A stretch of DNA of 64,000 bases from Camelus dromedarius. Lineage: Eukaryota. Positions 54,981 to 64,000 of the stretch are shown piece by piece. Numbering within the stretch: position 1 is the stretch's first letter; the number at the start of each line of letters is the position of its first letter. Position numbers and translations under genes: made by a program. The DNA lies in contig NC_087436.1 of assembly GCF_036321535.1 (NCBI RefSeq), positions 24,368,001 to 24,432,000 of the forward strand, read 5' to 3'. The notes below the pieces were generated by a model. The model searched no databases. It saw only the letters and a program-made list of their open reading frames with translations, and was not told where the DNA came from.

Positions 54981-55219
54981 GCTTTCTGGTTAATCATCTT
55001 TAGAAGACTGGATTTCTGGATATCTACTCTACTCCACTTCTGTTGACTTTTAAAACATGATAATGCAAACCTGTAATACTGGCAATCATCCATGAACCTT
55101 TAATTACATTGATTAATAGCGTTTGAAGCTTCCTCAGGGAATAAACAATGACATCAGCAGTGGTTCACAGTGGAGGTTCTATTTTGGAGCTTTCCAGCAA
55201 TGGAGTAGAAAATCAAGAG
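54981..55219 (+). other. ELF2: ELF2 exon 3 (167 nt 5'UTR + 72 nt CDS)
   Basis: Acceptor TTCTTCCCTTTTTTAG|GCT at 54980/54981 and donor GAG|GTTAGG; contains the start codon. Confidence 0.85.
55148..55219 (+). CDS. ELF2: First coding segment (24 codons) of E74-like ETS transcription factor 2 (NERF), long isoform
   Basis: Translates MTSAVVHSGGSILELSSNGVENQE, matching the recalled human ELF2 N-terminus MTSAVVDSGGTILELSSNGVENQE at 22/24. In-frame TAA two codons upstream (TAA ACA ATG). Phase-0 donor GAG|GTTAGG at 55219/55220. Too short for the ORF track. Confidence 0.93.
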
Positions 55220-55600
55220 GTTAGGCATCTAATATATTTCATTTCTGTTTTATTCATAGAAGTCAATGCATGAAGTAATTTTGAATTTAATGGGAAACAG
55301 GTATTTGAGAGTAGAAATGTACAGTGCATGAAACTGTACATGTATGTCATGTGTCCATGAGGTTTATTACTATACATAGGTAATAGAAGGTTGAGGGAAG
55401 GTATTGCTGGGTCTGAGTTGCTTGAGTTGTTGGAACATGCATATATTGATTGGATTGAACCAGGAGGAAAATATTGAAAGAAAGAGCGTGGTAGTATTAG
55501 TTGAGAGAGAGATTGAAAATCTTGATAAAATCTGTTGTTTGGGATTTTAGAGTGCATAGTTATATGCTGTACCTAAATAACTAAATAAGATTCATTTTAA

Positions 55601-55704
55601 TTTATGTTTTATTTATTTACTTATTTTTAATGGTGGTACTGGGGATTGAACCCAGAAACTTGTCGTGCTGAGCATGCACTCTACTACTGAGCTATACCCG
55701 CCCC
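55601..55704 (-). mobile_element. tRNA-derived SINE (Vic-1-like)
   Basis: Consensus match; TSD ATTCATTTT. Confidence 0.88.
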
Positions 55705-58700
55705 TCATTCATTTTCATTTAGAATTTTGTATCTCCTTTAATTGTTATCTTTGTTTTTACATCTAATTCAGCCTGGAAATTCATCATATTTTAATCATAT
55801 ATTATATACTTAAGAATTTAGGTAATTTATAAATCAGAAAAGAAATTCAGTTTTTGAAATTTTTTACTTGAAGAATTTTACATCATTAGCATATTTGGTT
55901 ATTTTCTTGTTATTGAGAACAGTAAAGAATAAGAGATGGGAGTAGAAAAATAACAGTACCAGAAATATATGGACTTCCACAGGGCCTGGCTTCTGTTCCC
56001 ACCATTCAGTGAAGACTGAATATTGGGAAGAATCTAAATTAAAATATAATAATGCTGCACAATAATGGACAAATATTTGGTCAGAGATAAGATGGGAAGA
56101 TGGAGAGTTTGTTGTACTTAAAAAACCTATTTTTTCTGTATTCTTTGAAAGACACTGCTGTTACTGGTACTTAGTACCAACACAGTGGTATAGTGACACG
56201 GCTGAGAAATGAGTTAGGACGTCAGGTTTTGTGTTCTGGAGTTTGGATTCTTTTTCTTGCTTGCTTGGTGTCTGTTCAGTCTTCAAAGATGGCTATGGTA
56301 AATTCAGTGGGAAGGGGATAAAGTGAAGGTACTTTTCCTTTGTTTTCAATAGGCTTGATAACTTAAATGTTCCTGTTGTATTTGAATCTAAAACTGGTTC
56401 AAAGTCCATTAAGAGAAGCCCACAGCTAAAGGACATGCTTTATTCTCAATCGATTTCTACTTTTTCCTTAAAGATTCACTTTCTGCATGATCACTTCCAG
56501 GTATGATTCACCAAAGAAATGAGGGACTTTAGGGGACTTCCATTGCCTCCTACATCACCCAGACCAATGATTGCTTCTTCAAGTGCTTTCTCTTTTGTCC
56601 CATGGTTTTACTCTTTCGGTTTTTAATTCTGTAGAGGGAGCTGCTACGAACAGTAGGCAGAGTATATTTACCTTGTGCTGATTGGATACTGCTATTATGG
56701 GAAAAAAGAGTGTAACAGTTTGTTTCTGGAAGATTCTATATTTTCCTTCATTTGTATGCAACCCTAAGAGTTCATGGCTTGAAAAACTGATTATTTTGGA
56801 AGAAAGAATCTGATAAGTGAAATAATTTTACTAAAGCATTATTGACTAATGATTTATTTGGTAGCCTTATAAGGTGGTCACAGGAATTTTAGGTAGTGTG
56901 GCACCAGAAAGGAGGAAACTATTCTTGAGGACTTTTTCTTCAAATTATACCATGTGGTTACCCTCTTTCATTTCTTCCTGCAACAAATATTAATTGACCG
57001 TTTACTGTGTGTCAGATATTTCTCTAGACACTGGGGATAAAGTATTTCAGAATGGCTATGAAGAATAAATCAGGGCTGGAGATGAGTGGAGAGATAGTAG
57101 GGATATTTTAATTAGGGTGGACAGAGAAGGCTTCTCTGAAGAGGTGGCATTTTAGTTTAGATCTAAATAAAGTAAGGGGTTGGGCTATAGAAACATTTGG
57201 GGAAGAGAATTCCTAGAAGGAAGAAAACCACTAGTATCTGAAATACCTTCTAATTTTCAAAGGGAGTTTTGGGGATAGTGGTATTTGAAAGAGAATTTTG
57301 TCTAAAAGTAACTATTTAGGAATAAATTTATAATACATACCTATAATACCTATACTATAAAATGTAGGGTGGGGTGGAAAAAAGTGACCTGTCAGGAGTT
57401 TATTACCATAGCTCCAGAATCTGAAGGAAAAAATAAATATTTAAAAAGTGGTGGGCATTTGGAGAGTCCATTAGTGATTTTTAGGCTTTATTTTTTATAA
57501 TTTTATTCCTTATTATAAAAGTAATGCATTTTATAAAATTAGAAAAATTGTATTTCTGACAAAGATACCTAAAAGAGTAAACTACAATCTTACTAAGGAT
57601 TGTAAATACAAAAATCATAAAATAGTAATAAATTTATAAAATGTTGTCATATATTAAAAAATCCATTTACCAAATAGGATTTAGATACACAAAGATAATT
57701 CAATATTAAGAAAACCATTAATGTAATACATGTTCCTACTAATATGACATATGATATGTTAGTAGGGATAAAATACTTAATGAAATAGGATTTTATGAAA
57801 TTCAGTGTCTGTCCTGATAAAAACTTAAGTAATATAAATTTGGATGTATATTTCCTTAACATTATTTAAAAAAAAAACTGTTACAAATCAAGCCAGAACC
57901 CTGTTTACTGGTGAATGACTGGAGAATTTCCTTTAAAATTGAAAAGAAGGTCAGATTGGGCACTGCCATTACTATTATTTAATATTTTTCTGTAATCATG
58001 CAAGATAAAATATGTAAATATTATGAAGAAGACCAAATTATTGTTTGCAGATAATATGATTCTCTACCTGGGAAAACCAAAAGGAATCCATGAAAAGCCA
58101 TTAGAATTAATAAGAGTTTGAGTACAAAATTAACATTTAAAATATTTAACTTTCTTTCGTAAGAAAACTGGTTAGAAGAGATCATGGAAAATAGGATCTC
58201 TTTCAGAAAATTAACAAAAAATATAAGGTAGTGAGGAATACATGTAAAAAATATGTAGGACTTGTTTGAAGAAAATTAATGATACTGAAGTAGACTTTAA
58301 TAAACAAAGATAAACTTTGTACTTGAATAAGAGAAATGGGGAGGGTCAATATTGTGGAAGATGTCAATTTCCTCCAATTAATCCATATATTTAATTCTAT
58401 CTCTATCAAATATTAGGGCAAGTTTGGGGCAAACTGATTATATTGGCCTAAAGATTGTATGGAAGAGTAAACATGTAGGAATAGCCAGAGCAGCTTTTGA
58501 ATAGGAAATGTAAGTAGGTCTCATAGAAATGGGGAATTAATGCAGAAAAAAATGAAAAAGGATTTAAGTATTATTTTCAAAAACAAAATGAATGGAAGTT
58601 TTAGAGGGCATCTTCTTCCAGACAAATAAGATTGGGAATTCTTTCACTTTCGATTGTGATGGAGTAACTGAGACCAGATTTATACTCCCACTGTAAATAA

Positions 58701-58747
58701 CTAGGAAAACGAACAAAACATATGAAACCATAGTTTGGAAACATTGG

Positions 58748-59010
58748 TGCTATGGTCTGAAGGTTTGTGACCCTTCAAAATTCATATGTTGAATCCTAAT
58801 CTCCAAAGATGATGGTGTCAAGTAATAGGGCCTTTGGGAGGAATTAGGTCATGAGGGAGGAACCCTTATGAATGGGATTAGTGCTTTTATAAAAGGCTTC
58901 AGAGAGATCCCTTGCCCCTTCTACCATGTGAGGATTCAACAAGAAATCTGACCTGGAAGAGGGCCTTGTAGTCTGGTATTTTGTTACAGCAGCACGAATG
59001 GACCAAGACA
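58748..59010 (+). mobile_element. MaLR solo LTR (MLT1A/MST-like), internally deleted
   Basis: TGCTATGGTCTGAA...CAAGACA termini; 5-bp TSD ATTGG/GTTGG. Confidence 0.85.
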
Positions 59011-59846
59011 GTTGGACAATGGGCAGCACAAGACTGTGCTTCCTGAGGAAAGAGAAGTGACTGTACTGACTTATTTCTTGGAGCCCTTTCTGAACCACAG
59101 TGAGAGAAGGAGGAATCCAAGCAGAGTGTCATGGTCTCACTGAATTGAGGAAACAGACTTTGGAATTGGAGAGGCTAATGGAACCACTTTGAGGACTCAA
59201 GAGTATTTGAGAGGAAGAAGCTGGTCAGAGAAAGAATATAAAAAACTCAGCCTTGGAGTCCCATAGTCTTTAGTTAAAAGAGCTGCCCAAGTGTAGTGTG
59301 AAATTCTAAGAAGCCAGGCAAAGAATGACCAGAAAGGTATAAACTCAATAATTTACAGAAAATAATCTACAGAGTTCACCCAGGGCTGGGACGTATTAGA
59401 GTTCCAGCCAGTTAGAGAGTCCTTGTTAAGTGTCCAGGGCATTCAGTAGAGACTCCAGAGGGGACTTGTCTTACAGTAGAGCTAAACTAGCCCTAGAATA
59501 AAGGGTAGTCCAAACTTGCTCTAGAAAGTTTTGAAAATAGACTTTGAAAGCTGATCCATAATATAACTGTCATAATAAACATTATTAAAATAAGACAACA
59601 ATGTGTAAATTGTACCCAACAATGTAAAATTTACGTATGTAATACCCATTCATGTTAAATGCAAGGAAGCAGGAATAATACAATCATTATGTAACTTGGA
59701 GAAAAAAATTGTCAGTGAAAATAGAAATACAAATAATATGATGAAATTAGATTTCAAGAGAGCTGTTATAAATATGCTCAAGAACTTAAAAGAAAGCATG
59801 AACCTGAGAGTAGAGGCATAAAAGATACAAAAGAACAAAATGAAAC

Positions 59847-59976
59847 TTTTTTTCAGAGGGGAGGATTTAATTAGATTTACTTATTTATTTATTCTTAGAG
59901 GAAATAATGAGATTGAACTCAGGACCTCATGCATGCTAAGCATGCACTCTACCATTTGAGCTATAACCTCCCCCCC
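59847..59976 (-). mobile_element. tRNA-derived SINE (Vic-1-like)
   Basis: Reverse-complement consensus match. Confidence 0.88.
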
Positions 59977-62900
59977 AATAAAACTTTTAGACATGAAATA
60001 TATACGATCTGAAAAGAAAAATTCACTGCATAGGATTAAAAATAGGTATTGCAGAAGAAAAGACAAGTGAATTTGAAGTGGGTAATAAAAACTACATTAT
60101 GAAGCACACAGAAAAACTGGGGGAAAAAAAAAGAATAGAGACTTGGTTTCCTGTGGCACAATATCAAGTTGTCTGACATAATGTAATTGGAGTCTCAGAA
60201 TGAGAGGAGAGAACAGAAAAAAACATGTGAAAAAATAAGGAAAAGAAAACTACAAACCAATATTCATGAACATAGAAAAGAAACATTCTTGATAAGATAC
60301 TAGCAGTCAAATCCAGCAGCATATAAAAGGGATCATATGTCTCAACTGGGGTTTATTTATCCCAAGAAGGTAGGTTAAATCAATCATTGTAATTCACCAT
60401 ATTAACAAAGGAAAAAGCAAAAATCATGTGATCCTTTCAGTAGCCATAGAAAGCACATTTGCCAAACTTCAAAACCTATTATACAGATTCCCTAAACTAG
60501 TAATAAAGGGCAACTTCCTCAACTTGGTAAGTGCGTCATTTGAAAAACCCACGTCAGCATCACACTTACTGGTGAAAGGCTAAATGTTTTCCCTTTAAGG
60601 TTGATAGCAAAGCAAGGATGTCTGCTGTAACCACTTCTATTCAACATCACACTGGCAGCGTTGCTACAGGGCAAGAGAAATAAAAGACTTACAGATTGGA
60701 AAATAAGAAATAAAACTGTCTTTATTTCTAAATGATATAATTGTGTGCATAGAAATTACTAAGACATCTACACAACTGTTAGAACTAAAAAATAAATGTA
60801 GGATAGGGGAATATGTAAAAATCATTGTATTTACATATTCTAGGAAAATGCAATTGAAAATGAAATTTAAAAAGCAAGACTATTTAATAGCAGCAAAATA
60901 CCAAAAGGTTAAGTTTAATGAAATAAGCAATCTGTACATGGAAAACTACAAAGCACTGAATAAATCAGCAATGAATTAAAGCAATGAATTAAAGACCTGA
61001 ATAAATGAAGAGATATACCACGTGTATGGATTGGAAGACTTATGGTGCTAAGAGCAAAGTTGGAGGGCTCACCTGTTTTAAAGACTTACTATAAAGATCC
61101 AGTAATTGAGACAGTGTGGTGTTAGTATACTGACAGACTTGTAGTTTAGTGGAAATCACAGACCCACATAAATCTGATTGATTTTCGATAACGGTGTGAA
61201 TGTAATTCAGTGGAGAAAGGATAGAGTTTTTAATAGATGACGGTGGAACAAGTGGATATTCATAAGCAAATAAATGAACTGTGATCCTTTCTCACATTGT
61301 ACACAATGACTAACTCAAAATTGATTATAGAATTAAATGTTCAAACGAAATTTTTGGAAAAAAACAGTATTTTCTCAACCTTAAAATAGGTAATTGAACA
61401 CAAAAAACATGAGCTTTAAAAGAAAAAATGAATTGAACTTCATTTAAATTAAAAGCTTCTACTCTTTAAAAAACAACCCATTAAGAAAATGGAAAGGCAA
61501 ACCAAAGATTGGAAAAAAAAATTTATAATACATATACCTATATTCAGAATATATAAAAGGACTTATATTTGGATTATATATAATAATAAGTTAGAGATAA
61601 TCCATTAAAATGGGAAAGAAATTTGAACAGATAAATATGTGAATGGCTGATGAACACACTTAAAAATGCCCATTATTAGCCATCAGGGAAATGCAAAGTC
61701 AAAACTCAAGGAGATACTTGTATGCTTACACAGAATGGCAAAAATTGCAGAGTGATAGCATGTTTGGGGAGGATGTAGAACAACTGGAACTCTCATACAT
61801 TGCTAGTGGGAATGTAACCACTTTGGAAAATAATTTGACATTTCTTTTAAAATTAAATGTACAATTACCATATGATCTGGTAATCTGATTTGTAGGTAAA
61901 TATGGAGTGGAAAGGAAGGGAGGAGGATAGCAGGACGTTAATAGGAGCATTTACAGCCATATAAAGACAAGTCTATCCATATAGTGGAATTCTCAGCAAT
62001 ACAAAGAAATGAACTACAGATGCATGCAACGGCTTGTATAAATCTTAGGATTTTGCTACTTTAAAGAACTCAGATACGAAAGAGCACAACCTGCTGAATT
62101 CATATATATGAAATTTTAGAAAAGGTATACTTATAGGAATAAAGAGATTGGTGGTTGCTCATGTAGGTGGATGGTGGGGGAGTAGGTAGTGATATGATGG
62201 TGGCTGTGAGAATTTGACTGGTTTAGGGGGTACAAGGGAGCATCCTGGGGTGATAGGAGTATTCTGTTTCTTGATTGTGGTGCTAGTTACAAGGATGTCT
62301 ACATTTGTGGAAATCCATAGAACTGTATACTTAAAATGGATACATTTCATTTATATAAATATACCTAGGTAAAGTTGATTAAAAATAAGTAAGATTTATC
62401 TGTTGAGATAGATTATCCAACAAGTTTTCTATTATGCAAATGGTATTTCTTTTTAAATTACTCCTATATACTTTAAGGGTTTGTTTGGGTGTTTTTGTTT
62501 TTTTTTTGTCATTGTTCATTTGTTATTTTAAAATGAAAAAAATGCATAAATATTCAGTCCATTTCTGATGAATATATTTTCCTTCTTTTCATTATGAACA
62601 TCTTGGTTAGGGAACTTGTCTTAAAACTGTGCTTAGCAAGCACACTGTTTTTATTTTAGTGACATATTTATTTGAAACAGCTTCTGGGGGTAAACAGTTG
62701 GGGGGCGATTAGTCCTCCAGTGCCTACCACACTCTGTTTCATTTTTGGTAAGGCTTTGAAGGTGACCTTACTCTATCACAAAAGAAAAAATGAGAAACAA
62801 AAGTCTATATTTTTAATGTATTCCTGAATTTCATGTCTTTCAGTGTATTTCTAACATAGAGTGATAAAAGGATTACAGTATCACTGCCTTCAGCCATTTT

Positions 62901-63060
62901 ATGGTATATTTGTCTTTGGAAACTTGGTATCTGGAGAGCAGTGACTTGAGTGCATTATAAAAGTATTTCATAGGTGAACACTGCCGTATTGCGTTTGTCT
63001 TGCCTCTTTAAGCATTGCTCTCCTTGAAAGGAAGTTTCTGAGTACTACAAGTGCTTATGG

Positions 63061-63243
63061 TAGGATTGCCAGATAAAATATAGGCTGTCCAGTTAAATTT
63101 GAATTTCAGATAAACAACAAATAACTTTCTAAGTATGTCCCAAATATTGCATGGGCATTCTTATACTTATTATTTATTATTTATCTGAAATTTAAATTTA
63201 ACTGGGTATCTTGTGTTTTTATTTGCTAAGTGTGACAACCTTC
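63061..63243. mobile_element. Palindromic hAT MITE MER53
   Basis: TIRs TAGGATTGCCA / TGACAACCTTC, 8-bp TSD GCTTATGG/TCTTATGG, long internal inverted repeat, 183 bp. Confidence 0.85.
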
Positions 63244-64000
63244 TCTTATGGAGAACTAGGTAGGTTGTACCAAGACCTGCTGAATCTAGATTTCATGCAT
63301 TTTAATTATTGCATATTTTGAAGACTTGAGCAAGAGTATGGTGATCCTGAATAAAATGACCTAGAAGTTGTGTAAGTTTTTACTATATTATTATAAAACA
63401 AAGACTCCTAATTCTTTTATTTTCCACCCTTTCTCCAGTGAAAATAGCTAACTCCTCTGTACAGCACAAAGCAGTAATTATCTGCCTATCTGTATGCAGT
63501 AGCCTCTGGTCCCTATCATTTGACAGGAAAAAAACTCATGAAGTTACTTGCCATCATAGATTAGCAAATGTTGAATTTATGAATATATGTTAATATTAAA
63601 ATTCATTAAGCTTTATCATTCTTTGAACCAAGCTACAAATACTTAAATGCCAATTCAGTTTATATGAAGTGCATGTTGTTGAGGAGGATATAAAAATTGA
63701 CTAAGATGTGGACTCTTGCTCCCAATCATCTTACTGTCTTGTCAAGGAGTTGGCTATGTAAACAGGTAATTATAATACAGGATAATGCACAGTGGTAATT
63801 ATAGTCAAACAACTTGTTCTAGAAGTACTTGGGATGGGAAAATTGACTCAGATTGGGGGATTATAGAAGACTCCTGGAACTTGGCCCTTAGTGAGTGAAA
63901 AAGATTTGTACAAGCAATGGAAGGTAATTTCAGGCTACAAAATGAACACAAGCAAAAGTCAGGGAAGCTTTTACTTTTGAGAAATAGGAGCAAAGCAAAT

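Larger units (their letters stand above)
57590..62390 (+). mobile_element. Fragmented old sense-strand L1 (L1MC/MD-like) with nested LTR and SINE
   Basis: ORF2-like motifs (AAGGATGTCTGCTG..ACCACTTCTATTCAACAT, ATGGAAAACTACAAAGCACTG, GGATTGGAAGACT) and a 3'UTR end near 62380. Confidence 0.8.

Overview
Mammalian genomic DNA, most likely camelid. This is inferred from 12 copies of a short tRNA-derived SINE resembling the camelid Vic-1 family. The window holds about 32 kb of repeat-rich intergenic sequence, a CpG-island promoter (~31.9-34.6 kb), and the 5' end of ELF2 (ETS factor NERF) on the + strand. ELF2 elements: non-coding exon 1 ending at 33662, non-coding exon 2 (~53615-53699), and exon 3 (54981-55219), which carries the first 24 codons (MTSAVVHSGGSILELSSNGVENQE). 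The rest of the gene lies beyond the window. The remainder is mostly transposon relics (L1, L2, MIR, MaLR/ERV LTRs, hAT elements). Family names are from recalled consensus sequences, not a database search. None of the listed six-frame ORFs looks like a real cellular gene. The most interesting signals are a 30-aa hydrophobic uORF created only by the exon 2-exon 3 splice (first of three uORFs), an intronic MER53 hairpin matching the 5' 14 nt of miR-1302, a SINE-derived 12-nt micro-exon candidate, and convergent CTCF-like sites bracketing the promoter.
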